A DNA stretch of 64,000 nt, from NCBI GenBank assembly GCA_965651205.1, contig CBFGRM010000003.1:16181-80180 (forward strand). The letters are read 5' to 3'. The position numbers and the translations under genes were made by a program. Within the stretch, counting starts at the first letter, position 1, and the number at the start of each line of letters is the position of its first letter. This stretch comes from an uncultured bacterium. GTDB taxonomy: Bacteria > Gemmatimonadota > Gemmatimonadetes > Gemmatimonadales > GWC2-71-9. Of this stretch, positions 55,239-64,000 are shown one piece after another. A model generated the notes under the pieces. That model was not told the origin of the DNA. It saw nothing but the letters and a program-made list of their open reading frames with translations, and made no database searches.

Positions 55239-56536
55239 CAATCGCTCTCGGCCTTGCTGCCGTGGTCGGGCTGGTTGCATTCAATGCGTTCTTCGTAGCG
55301 GCCGAATTCGCCCTCGTGGGAGCCCGGCGCACCCGACTCGAGGAACTGTCCCTCGGCGGCGACCGCAAAGCTACCTTGGCCCTTCGGGCGGTCCAACATC
55401 TCGACCAGTACATCTCCGCCACCCAGCTCGGCATCACCCTGGCCTCGCTGGGCCTTGGCTGGGTGGGTGAGCCGGCCCTGGCCGGGCTGCTCGACTGGAT
55501 TTTCGGCAGCCTGCCCGACAATCTGGGCGGCGCGCTGACCCACACCGCCTCGGTGGCAATCGCCTTCGCCACCATCTCGGTGCTGCACATCGTCCTCGGA
55601 GAGCTGGTGCCCAAGGCACTGGCGCTGCTCTACCCGGAAGCGGTATCGCGCTGGGTGGTGATGCCCCTGATCGCGTTCTCGTGGCTGATGCACTACCCGA
55701 TCCTGGTCCTCAACGGCACCGCCAACTGGCTGCTGCGACGGGTCGGCGTGGAGCCGCCGGGTTCGCACGAGCGGCTGCACTCGCCCGACGAGATCCGGAT
55801 GCTGGTGGAGCAGTCCGGCGAGGGTGGCTCATTGCGCGACCGCGACGCCCGACTGCTCGAGGGAGTATTCGAGTTCAGCGAGAAGACCGCGCTCGAGGTG
55901 ATGACGCCGCGGACCGAGATCGCCGCGCTGGAATCCGACCTGACCGTCGAGGAGGCCGCCGACGTGGTGGCCGAGGCAGGCCGCAGCCGCTATCCGGTGT
56001 ACACCGAGTCGCTCGACGAGATCGTCGGCCTGGTGCTCGCCAAGGACATCCTCCGCGCGCTCAGGAACGCACCGGGCACGTCGGTTTCCCGGCTGGCCCG
56101 TGCGCCGCTGTTCGTGCCCGGTACCCGCGAGGTGGAGGATGTGCTGGCCGATATGAAGCGGCTCAAGATGCATCTGGCGGTGGTGCTCGACGAGTACGGC
56201 GGCACAGCGGGTCTGGTCACTATGGAAGACCTGCTTGAGGAAATCGTCGGCGAGATCTTCGACGAGCACGATCCGGTGGATGCCTCCCTGGCCACCACCG
56301 CCGACGGTTCCGCCGCGATCGACGGTGCCACCACTATCAGCGAGTTCAATGCCCGCTTCGACTGCAACCTCGATGACACCGACTACACCACCATCGGTGG
56401 CTACCTGTTCGGGCTGCTCGGCCGACTCCCCAAGGTGGGTGACCGTTCCGTGGTCGAGGAGATGGTGTTCGAAATAACCGAGATGGACGGGCGCAGGGTC
56501 GGCAGCGTTCGGGTGGAGAAGCTCCCGGCCGCCTGA
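55214..56536 (+). CDS. CNNM/CorB (HlyC/CorC 'hemolysin') Mg/Co transporter family
   Basis: [51 protein letters not shown], CorC domain. Confidence 0.93.
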   Translation: MESDLNWASIALGLAAVVGLVAFNAFFVAAEFALVGARRTRLEELSLGGDRKATLALRAVQHLDQYISATQLGITLASLGLGWVGEPALAGLLDWIFGSLPDNLGGALTHTASVAIAFATISVLHIVLGELVPKALALLYPEAVSRWVVMPLIAFSWLMHYPILVLNGTANWLLRRVGVEPPGSHERLHSPDEIRMLVEQSGEGGSLRDRDARLLEGVFEFSEKTALEVMTPRTEIAALESDLTVEEAADVVAEAGRSRYPVYTESLDEIVGLVLAKDILRALRNAPGTSVSRLARAPLFVPGTREVEDVLADMKRLKMHLAVVLDEYGGTAGLVTMEDLLEEIVGEIFDEHDPVDASLATTADGSAAIDGATTISEFNARFDCNLDDTDYTTIGGYLFGLLGRLPKVGDRSVVEEMVFEITEMDGRRVGSVRVEKLPAA

Positions 56537-56557
56537 GCCACACCGAAGCGCGGCAGA

Positions 56558-57337
56558 CTACCCCTCGGTGAGTTGTGATCCCTTGCGCGGGAAGGGCGGC
56601 TGTTCGAACGGCGACCGATCGCGCTGGCGCACCCGGGCATTGCGCGGCGGGAATATGTTGAAGCGCAGGATGTGCCAGAACGCCGCCACACCGTCGCGCC
56701 AGCCGATCTTCTTGCCTTCCTCGTAAGTGCGGCCGCTGTACGAGATCGGCATTTCCCAGATCCGGGCGTGGGCCTGCGCCAGCCGTGCGGTCACCTCGGG
56801 CTCGAAGCCGAACCGGTCGGTGGTCAGGATCAGCTTCTTGGCCAGCGGGGTACGGATAACCTTGTAGCAGGTTTCCATATCGGTGAGGTTGAGATCGGTG
56901 AACATATTGCTCACCAGCGTGAGCAATGCGTTGCCGACGCTGTGCCAGAAGTAGAGCACCCGGTGCGGGCCGCCCAGGAAGCGCGAGCCGAACACCGCAT
57001 CGGCCTTGCCGGCCTCGATCGGTTCCAGCAGGCCGGGAATCTCCGCCGGGTTGTATTCCAGGTCGGCGTCCTGCACCACCAGCACGTCGCCGGTTGCCAA
57101 CCCGATCGCGTGGCGGATTGCGGCACCCTTGCCGCGATTGACGGGTTGATGGTGGAGCTGGTCGATCTTGCCCTCGGCCAGCAGCCGGTCGAGAATCTCG
57201 GTGCTGCCATCGCTCGAGCCGTCGTTGACGCAGACGATCTCGTGCTCCATCGGCACGGCGCGCACCTGCTCCACCAGCGACTCGATGGTCGCCGCTTCGT
57301 TGTACACCGGGATCAGGACCGACACACGCAGGCTCAT
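56558..57337 (-). CDS. Glycosyltransferase family 2 (DPM1-like)
   Basis: IPVYNE, NDGSSD, NRGKGAA, QDADLEY, TDMETCYK. Confidence 0.92.
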   Translation of the reverse strand: MSLRVSVLIPVYNEAATIESLVEQVRAVPMEHEIVCVNDGSSDGSTEILDRLLAEGKIDQLHHQPVNRGKGAAIRHAIGLATGDVLVVQDADLEYNPAEIPGLLEPIEAGKADAVFGSRFLGGPHRVLYFWHSVGNALLTLVSNMFTDLNLTDMETCYKVIRTPLAKKLILTTDRFGFEPEVTARLAQAHARIWEMPISYSGRTYEEGKKIGWRDGVAAFWHILRFNIFPPRNARVRQRDRSPFEQPPFPRKGSQLTEG

Positions 57338-58248
57338 CGGGTTCGGCTCCGAGTCGCAAGATCAATGGCCAGCGCCAGGGCGGCCTTCATACTTGAGGGA
57401 TCGGCACGTCCCGTGCCAGCGATGTCGATCGCGGTGCCGTGATCGGGCGACGTGCGCACATACGGCAGGCCCAGCGTGATATTCACGCCCTTGCCGAAGG
57501 AGGCGACCTTTATCGCTGTCATCCCGACATCGTGGTAGGGTGCCAGGACAACATCGAATTCGCCCTGCATCGCCCGAACGAAAACGGTGTCGGCCGGAAT
57601 CGGCCCGGCGGCCCCGAGCCGCTCGGCGGCCGGTGCCAGGATCCGCTGCTCCTCGTCGCCGAACAGTCCCTGCTCACCGGCGTGCGGATTGAGGGCACAA
57701 ATGGCGATCCGCGGTTCGCCGATCCCCCACCAGTCGCGGATGCCGCGGCGGGTGACTTCACCGACGCGCACCACCCGATCGGCGGTGAGAATGAGCGGCA
57801 CGTCGCGCAGTGGCAGATGAGTGGTCACCAGCACCACCCGGAGTCGGTCGCTGGCGAGCATCATCGCCACCTCGACCCCACCAGCCAGATGCGCCAGCCA
57901 CTCGGTGTGACCGGGATACGGAAAGCCGGCCAGGTGCAATGCGTGCTTTTCGACCGGGGCAGTCACGATCGCGTCGACCTCGCCGCTGCCGGCCAGTTGC
58001 GCGGCGCGTTCGACAGCACGACCGGCAATCAGGCCCGCATCGACCGCACCGCCGCGGCCCTGGGCGGCACCGGCGCGCCAGGAACCCACTGCCTCGTGCG
58101 CTCCGGCCGGGAGGGATTCGATCTGTTCACGGGCGCCGATCACGGTGATCTCGGCCCGGGGTGAATCTGCCAGCGCGGCCGCGACGATCTCCGGCCCGAT
58201 GCCTCTCGGGTCGCCGAGAGTCACCGCGAGCCGGACCGGCCTGGTCAC
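57334..58248 (-). CDS. pdxA: 4-hydroxythreonine-4-phosphate dehydrogenase
   Basis: GDPRGIGPE, GHTE, LNPHAGE, YHD, NITLGLPYVRTSPDHGTA; GTG at 58248. Confidence 0.95.
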   Translation of the reverse strand: MTRPVRLAVTLGDPRGIGPEIVAAALADSPRAEITVIGAREQIESLPAGAHEAVGSWRAGAAQGRGGAVDAGLIAGRAVERAAQLAGSGEVDAIVTAPVEKHALHLAGFPYPGHTEWLAHLAGGVEVAMMLASDRLRVVLVTTHLPLRDVPLILTADRVVRVGEVTRRGIRDWWGIGEPRIAICALNPHAGEQGLFGDEEQRILAPAAERLGAAGPIPADTVFVRAMQGEFDVVLAPYHDVGMTAIKVASFGKGVNITLGLPYVRTSPDHGTAIDIAGTGRADPSSMKAALALAIDLATRSRTR

Positions 58249-59579
58249 AGCTCGCGAATCTCGATGTGAACCTTCTGACGCATCTCGTTGAAGTATTTCT
58301 GCCATCCCATCGACTCACCGAGCACTTTGCGAATTCGTTCGCGCAACTGGTCGTACGGCTGCGGACCTGCTGGCCGCCGCTCCAGCACCCGCACGAAGGC
58401 GTACTTGGGCGGTGCCCCGGATCCGTCTATCGCGAGGGCGAACACCTCACTCACGCCGCCGTCGGGCACCCCTTCGATCGCGCGACCGTAAACCGGACCC
58501 AGCGAATCGATGATGGCACCCACCGCTTCGCGCTCCTCCGACGGATCGTGGTAGAGCACCTGCAGTGAGTCGAACGACGCCCCGGCGACAACGAGAGCGC
58601 GGAGTGAATCGGCCAGTGATCGGGCGCGAGCCATATCGGTCGAATCCACCGTCGGCATAATCAGGATGTGCCGCGCCTTCACTTCGGTGGGTTGCACCTG
58701 CTGCACCTGGATCACGTGGAATCCGAACACCGTCTCGACCGGATCGGACACCGTGCCGCGCGGCAGCGAGAAGGCGACCTCCTCGAACGGCCGCACCATC
58801 CGGCCGCGCCGGAACCAGTCGAGGTCGCCGCCGCGCTGGGCACTGGCTACGTCCTGCGAGAAGCGCCGGGCGGCGACCGCGAAGTCGGCACCCTCGCGGA
58901 TCGCCACCGCCAGCGAGTCGGCGAGCCTGAAGGCCGAGTCGCGGCTGGCCTGGCTCGGCTTGGGCCGGATGACGATCTGCTTGAGTGATACGGTGGGCGG
59001 CTGAGGCGGCAGCAGGTTCTTGCGCTCGTCGTAGAAGGCGCGAACCTCCCGCTCGGTCGGTGCCACGGGCGCAACCACGCCCTCCGACAGCAGCCGCTCA
59101 CGCTTGCGGCGCTGCATCAATTCACGTCCCTGCTGCTCGGCCAGCCAGCGCCGGTAGTCGTCGATGCCGAGGAAGCCGGCCCGACGCAACTCGGCCTGGA
59201 ACGCAACCTCCGACGAGACCTGCTGGCGCATCTGGCGCATCGTCTCGTCGACGGCATCGTTGATCTCGATCGCGGAGACGGTGATCATCGTGTCCTGCAA
59301 CGCTTCCTGATACAGCAGTTCCGCGTTGATCAACGTGTCGACCAGCATCCGCATTTCCCGGCGCACGGTGGCCGGGTCGGTGGGCGGCTGCAACCCGCGC
59401 ACGCTGTAGCGGGTGAAGAACTCTTCCTGCAACTGGGTGTAGGTGATGGCCGACGAGCCGACCACCGCGATCACGCGGTCGATCGGCTCATCGGCGGCCT
59501 GCCCGCTGAGCGGCGCGGACCAGCCCGTTGCCAGGCAAAGCGCCGCCAGCCACACCCGAACCCGCATCACGCGACTCAC
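58245..59579 (-). CDS. surA: SurA-like periplasmic chaperone/PPIase
   Basis: IDRVIAVV, parvulin domains (FSQD...GGDLDWF...FEEVAF, FGFHVI, ARHILI); upstream of pdxA. Confidence 0.85.
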   Translation of the reverse strand: MSRVMRVRVWLAALCLATGWSAPLSGQAADEPIDRVIAVVGSSAITYTQLQEEFFTRYSVRGLQPPTDPATVRREMRMLVDTLINAELLYQEALQDTMITVSAIEINDAVDETMRQMRQQVSSEVAFQAELRRAGFLGIDDYRRWLAEQQGRELMQRRKRERLLSEGVVAPVAPTEREVRAFYDERKNLLPPQPPTVSLKQIVIRPKPSQASRDSAFRLADSLAVAIREGADFAVAARRFSQDVASAQRGGDLDWFRRGRMVRPFEEVAFSLPRGTVSDPVETVFGFHVIQVQQVQPTEVKARHILIMPTVDSTDMARARSLADSLRALVVAGASFDSLQVLYHDPSEEREAVGAIIDSLGPVYGRAIEGVPDGGVSEVFALAIDGSGAPPKYAFVRVLERRPAGPQPYDQLRERIRKVLGESMGWQKYFNEMRQKVHIEIREL

Positions 59580-61033
59580 GGGGTCTCGGCACCTTCGTTG
59601 ATCGGCGGGCCACCCGGAGCCGGCGTGATGACCTGCGGCGCCTGCCCGGGACCGGTCGGGGTACCGGAGGAATCACCACCGTTGCGCACATTGGCCAGGG
59701 CGACCGCGTGCTGCACCCCGGCCGGGTTGACCTTGGCGCCATACTTCTCGCGCAGCGTCCAGGTGAGCATTCCTGGCAGCAACCGGACCTGCGCCTCACC
59801 GGTCACCATCTTGTCGAAGAACGCGTCGACCCGCAGCGCGGCGGCACGCTTGCGGTCCGCTTCGGGCGCGGCCGGATCGATCACGTCGGGGCCGAGTCCG
59901 ATGGTCGCCTTGAGGGTGTCGAGTTGCGAGCTGAACGCCTCGGAGATCATCTGCCACTCGTCCGGAGTGACGGTGATTCCGGCGCGCTGTGCCTCTCGCA
60001 GGAACAGGTAGCGCGAGGCGGTCTGGTGGATGCCGAGCTCGAGAGTCGAGTCGGGCAGCTTGCGCATCGCCTCGAGGTTCTGCGGGCCCTGGATCGGGTT
60101 GGCAACGTCGGCCTGGATCCAGCGCGCGAACGCACCGACGGTGAGTTCACCGTCGTTGAACCCGACCAGCCTGCTGCCATCGTCGGCCGACCCGGCGAGA
60201 TTGGCAAGTGCACCGCGCGCCTTGCCGACGGCTCCACCGGCAAGCTTCAGCTCGAAGATCGAATCAAGCTCCTCGTAGTAGGCCTGCTCCATCGCGGGTA
60301 CCATCTGCGAGATCAGCAGTTTGCCGAGCCGTTCCTTGGCCTGCGCCTCGGTGGCCCGGCGAATCACGTGGAAGCCAAAGTTGGTCGCCACGACGCCCGA
60401 GATCTGGCCCGGGGCGAGTAGCCAGGCCGCCGAGTCGAAGGCGGCCACGAACGCGCCGCGCGGCGCGGCGGGCAGGAACCCGGAGTCGGCCTGTGCCGCC
60501 TGCTCCTGGGAGTGTTCCAGCGCCAGCTCCCCGAAGTCGGTGCCCCCGCGCGCCTCGGCCAGGACACCGTTGATGGCGCGCCGCGCTGCTGCCCGGCCGG
60601 CATCGTCGTTGGTGGCTGGCCGGATCAACACGTGCTGGAATACCCGCACGCTGTCCACGGCATAGGCGGAATCAATCCGTTCCTGCGACGGAGTGGCCCG
60701 AGTCGCGATCAGCGAGTCGAACCAGTGCCCGGCGGTGAACTCGGCCACGTCACGCCACATTGCCTCGTGTATGGTGGCCGAGTCGGTTTCCAACTCGCCT
60801 TCGGCGACCGCGTTGGCAAACAGGGTGTAGTCGGCCCACAGGCTGCCGACGAAAGTTGCAGCTTCTGCGGTGACCGGAATCCCCTTGACGCTGGTGAGGA
60901 TCTCAGCGACGCGCTCGGCCGACAGGGTCTGTCCCGCGGCCTCGGCAACCACGTCGGGGTGGGCTGAGAAGGCATCGCCGTCGCAGCCGAGGGACAGGAC
61001 CAGTAAACCGACCAGCAACGACAGACGACGCAT
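59576..61033 (-). CDS. Parvulin-type PPIase lipoprotein (PrsA/PpiD-like)
   Basis: Lipobox LSLGC; QHVLI, FGELALEHS, FVAAFDSAA, FGFHVI; ATG 61033 with GAGGAG RBS. Confidence 0.85.
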   Translation of the reverse strand: MRRLSLLVGLLVLSLGCDGDAFSAHPDVVAEAAGQTLSAERVAEILTSVKGIPVTAEAATFVGSLWADYTLFANAVAEGELETDSATIHEAMWRDVAEFTAGHWFDSLIATRATPSQERIDSAYAVDSVRVFQHVLIRPATNDDAGRAAARRAINGVLAEARGGTDFGELALEHSQEQAAQADSGFLPAAPRGAFVAAFDSAAWLLAPGQISGVVATNFGFHVIRRATEAQAKERLGKLLISQMVPAMEQAYYEELDSIFELKLAGGAVGKARGALANLAGSADDGSRLVGFNDGELTVGAFARWIQADVANPIQGPQNLEAMRKLPDSTLELGIHQTASRYLFLREAQRAGITVTPDEWQMISEAFSSQLDTLKATIGLGPDVIDPAAPEADRKRAAALRVDAFFDKMVTGEAQVRLLPGMLTWTLREKYGAKVNPAGVQHAVALANVRNGGDSSGTPTGPGQAPQVITPAPGGPPINEGAETP

Positions 61034-61072
61034 CGGACTCCTCACATCAGTGAAAGGAACGGCTGGTGCGAC

Positions 61073-64000
61073 TCAGGCGGCGACTTGCCGCAGGGCGCGC
61101 ACCAGCGCGGGTATCATCGGCTCGCCTCCCAGCCGGATCAGCCGGAGGGACAGCGGCACTGTGCGGCGAACTTCGGCCGCCAACTGGACCTGGTCGAGCG
61201 CCTGGGTCAGCCCGGCAAGCCGGGGCACTGCACCCTGCCGGAACGACAACCGGGCCTCGTCACCCCTGACTATCACGTGCTGGACCCCCAAGCTGGCGCC
61301 CAGGGTGCGCAGGCGGCTCATATCGAGCAGCGCCTCCGCTTCGACCGGAAGGGGCCCGAAACGCTCGCGCAGCTCGTCCCGCAGGTCATCAATGTCGCCC
61401 GGCGCGGACGCCCGCGCCAGTCGCCGATACAAGTCGAGCTTGGTCGCGTCGTCCACCACGTACTCGTCGGGCAGCCGGGTCGGCCGGTCGAAATGGACAT
61501 CCGGCGGGGCCGGCGCCTCCACCTGGCCGGGGGTTCCCCTGAGCGCGGTGACCGTCTCCTCCAGCCAGCGGAGGTACAGATCGAAGCCGATCGCCTGGGC
61601 GTGGCCCGACTGCTCGGCCCCCAGCAGGTTGCCGGCCCCGCGCAGTTCGAGATCGCGGAGAGCGATCCGATAGCCCGCTCCCAGGTCTGTATGATGCTCA
61701 AGCACCTTGAGCCGTTCCTCGGCCGCCTCGTCGATCGTGTCCGGCACCAGCAGGTAGCAGGCGGCCCGGCGGTGGCTGCGGCCCACCCGGCCACGGAGCT
61801 GGTAGAGCTGGGCCAGCCCGAAGCGGTGGGCGTCGTGGACGATCATCGTGTTGGCGTTGGGCACGTCCAACCCCGACTCGACGATCATCGTCGACACGAG
61901 GATGTCGACTTCGCCGGTGGCAAACGCCTGCATCACGTTCTCAAGCTCGTCGGCCGGCATCTGCCCGTGACCCACCCCGACCCTGGCCCTCGGCGCCAAC
62001 GCGCGCACCCGCGCCGCAATCGATTCGATCGTCTCGATCCGGTTGTGAACGAAGAACACCTGGCCACCGCGATCGAGTTCGCGGGCGATCGCCTCCTCCA
62101 GCAATCCGTCGTCCCACGGCTCGACGAAGGTGAGAATCGGCGAGCGATCGCGGGGCGGAGTCTCGATAACGGTGAGATCGCGCAGTCCCGCCAGCGAGAG
62201 GTGCAGTGTCCGCGGGATCGGTGTTGCGGTGAGCGTGAGCACGTCCACCGACAGTCGCAATTGCTTCAGCCGTTCCTTGTGCTTGACGCCGAAACGATGT
62301 TCCTCGTCGACAATCAGCAGTCCCAGATCCTTGAAGGCGACGTCGCGTGAAAGCAGGCGGTGGGTGCCGATCGCGATGTCGCAGGTTCCTTCCGCCAGCC
62401 GCGCCACGCTGGCCTTGAGCTCGCGCGAGGTGCGGAAGCGCGACAACACCTCGACGTTGACCGGATAACCGGCCAGCCGGTCGGCAAAGGTACGGTAGTG
62501 CTGCTCGGCCAACACCGTGGTGGGAACCAGTACCGCCACCTGCTTGCCACCCTGCACCGCCTTGAATGCGGCCCGCACCGCCACTTCGGTCTTGCCGTAA
62601 CCGACATCGCCGACCAGCAGCCGATCCATCGGTTGCGGTCGCTCCATATCGCGCTTGATGCTCTCGGTGGCAGCGCGCTGGTCGCGGGTGTCCTCGTACA
62701 GGAACGACGACTCGAGCTCGCGCTGCCAGCGGCCATCGGGCGGGAACGCGAAGCCCGCACTCACGGTGCGCCGGGCGTACAACTCCAGCAACTCGGCTGC
62801 CATCGCCTGGATCGCCGCGCGGGTCTTGTCGCGGACCTTCTTCCACGTGCTGCCGCCCAGACGGTGGATCCTGGGCGGCGGTCGATCACCGTCGTCGCCG
62901 GCGGCGCGGTATCGCTCCAGTTGGTCGAGTCGGTACAGCGGCACGTTGAGGCGATCACCACCCTCGTACTCCAGCACCGCCACCTCGATCTCGCCGCCCT
63001 CCGATGGCAGCGTCGCGATGCCGCGATACACCCCGATGCCGTGTTCCAGGTGCACCACATAGTCGCCGATCTCTAGGGTGCCGGTGAGCGTCGAGGGCGC
63101 GGCCTGACGGTAGCGCCTGGACCGACGCAATCGCCTGGCCCGGCGGAAGATCTCGTGGTCGGTGAGCACCCTCAACGTGGGCATCACGAACCCGCCGTCG
63201 AGCGCACCCACCGCCAGCGTGGTGCCGGCCGGTCGGTAGCCGCCTTCCTCCAGCAATTCGTCGAGCCGCTCGCGCTGGCCTTCGTTGTCGCACAGGATCA
63301 GGGTCGGAGTGCCGTGGCCCAGTACCGCACGCAGGGCACGCAGGTCGCGGTTGACCTTCTCCGGCGGAAAGAATCCGACTTGCAGTTCGGCCCGTTCGTC
63401 GCGGGTGCTGATCCGGGCGAATCGGTCGATTCGTGCCTGCCAGTCGGCAGGTTCCAGGAACAGTTCCTCACGAGGCGGTCCGGCCTCACCCAACCTGAGT
63501 GCAACCTCACGATGGTGCTCGGCTTCGCGCCAGGCACGATCCACTTCCTCGCTGTTGGGTCCGGCAGACTCCTGGATCAGCAGCGCGTCGCCGGGCAGCA
63601 GTTCCAGCAGCGAGCGGCGGGTTGCCGGGCCCTCTCCCGGTGGCAACGCGGGCCCAGCGCTCCGAATCGGCAGGATGGTGGCGTCACTCAGCTCGGGGCC
63701 GCTGCGCTGGGTGGTGAGGTCGAAACTGCGCAGGGTGGCAATGTCGTCGCCCCACCATTCGATCCGGATCGGCGTGGCCATTCCGAAGCCGTACGCGTCG
63801 ACGATGCCACCACGCACCGAGAACTCGGCGATCTCGGTCACCTGACTGGTGCGGCGGTATCCCATCTTCTCGAGCGCCTGCACGACCTCGCCGAGCGACC
63901 GGGTGGCGCCTGGTCGAATCTCGAATCGGAGGGAGTCAATTGCATCGGGCACGGCGGTTCGTTCGGCCGTGGCGCGAGCGGTGGTGACGAGAATCCGCAG
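61073..64000 (-). CDS. mfd: Transcription-repair coupling factor Mfd (5' end outside window)
   Basis: FSVRGGIVD, GDYVVHLEHGIG, GDVGYGKTEVA, DEEHRFGV, ATPIPRT, QLRGRVGR, RDLELRGAGNLLG; frame open to 64000. Confidence 0.97.
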   Translation of the reverse strand: MRILVTTARATAERTAVPDAIDSLRFEIRPGATRSLGEVVQALEKMGYRRTSQVTEIAEFSVRGGIVDAYGFGMATPIRIEWWGDDIATLRSFDLTTQRSGPELSDATILPIRSAGPALPPGEGPATRRSLLELLPGDALLIQESAGPNSEEVDRAWREAEHHREVALRLGEAGPPREELFLEPADWQARIDRFARISTRDERAELQVGFFPPEKVNRDLRALRAVLGHGTPTLILCDNEGQRERLDELLEEGGYRPAGTTLAVGALDGGFVMPTLRVLTDHEIFRRARRLRRSRRYRQAAPSTLTGTLEIGDYVVHLEHGIGVYRGIATLPSEGGEIEVAVLEYEGGDRLNVPLYRLDQLERYRAAGDDGDRPPPRIHRLGGSTWKKVRDKTRAAIQAMAAELLELYARRTVSAGFAFPPDGRWQRELESSFLYEDTRDQRAATESIKRDMERPQPMDRLLVGDVGYGKTEVAVRAAFKAVQGGKQVAVLVPTTVLAEQHYRTFADRLAGYPVNVEVLSRFRTSRELKASVARLAEGTCDIAIGTHRLLSRDVAFKDLGLLIVDEEHRFGVKHKERLKQLRLSVDVLTLTATPIPRTLHLSLAGLRDLTVIETPPRDRSPILTFVEPWDDGLLEEAIARELDRGGQVFFVHNRIETIESIAARVRALAPRARVGVGHGQMPADELENVMQAFATGEVDILVSTMIVESGLDVPNANTMIVHDAHRFGLAQLYQLRGRVGRSHRRAACYLLVPDTIDEAAEERLKVLEHHTDLGAGYRIALRDLELRGAGNLLGAEQSGHAQAIGFDLYLRWLEETVTALRGTPGQVEAPAPPDVHFDRPTRLPDEYVVDDATKLDLYRRLARASAPGDIDDLRDELRERFGPLPVEAEALLDMSRLRTLGASLGVQHVIVRGDEARLSFRQGAVPRLAGLTQALDQVQLAAEVRRTVPLSLRLIRLGGEPMIPALVRALRQVAA

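Overview
High-GC bacterial chromosomal window. Gene style and the mfd-PPIase-surA-pdxA order suggest Gemmatimonadota (inference). The centre (about 9.4-46.1 kb) is a self-contained, near-complete flagellar gene block next to a lone tRNA-Ile(GAT). It encodes stator motAB, export apparatus (with a FliO-FliP fusion), C/MS/L/P rings, rod, hook, filament, chaperones, FlhF/FlhG, FliA/FlgM, FliW/CsrA and a sigma54 activator. Its regulation can be read from the DNA: three sigma54 promoters with IHF-like sites and a shared CGGCA-N5-TGCCG-type enhancer, four sigma28 promoters, and CsrA hairpins in the fliC leader. The block appears disconnected from phospho-signalling. It has no che genes, FliM lacks the CheY-binding N-terminal peptide, the master activator has a pseudo-receiver, and motAB is translationally coupled to a pseudo-receiver/catalytically dead HD-GYP protein (candidate novel motor controller). 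It also carries unannotated small proteins, including one resembling an isolated FlgN-type tail. Flanks encode an ABC exporter (partial), an Asn-tipped EF-P, a sensor-less hybrid kinase with a sigma54 promoter, an AsmA-like protein, a Ser/Thr kinase plus a small basic protein, a Zrg-like ABC system, an M28 peptidase, an NMO-family flavoenzyme, a poly-acidic protein, typA, CDF and CNNM metal transporters, a GT2, pdxA, two PPIases and mfd (partial). Two heptamer-repeat hairpins sit between convergent genes. All calls are by eye from motifs; no database searches were run.
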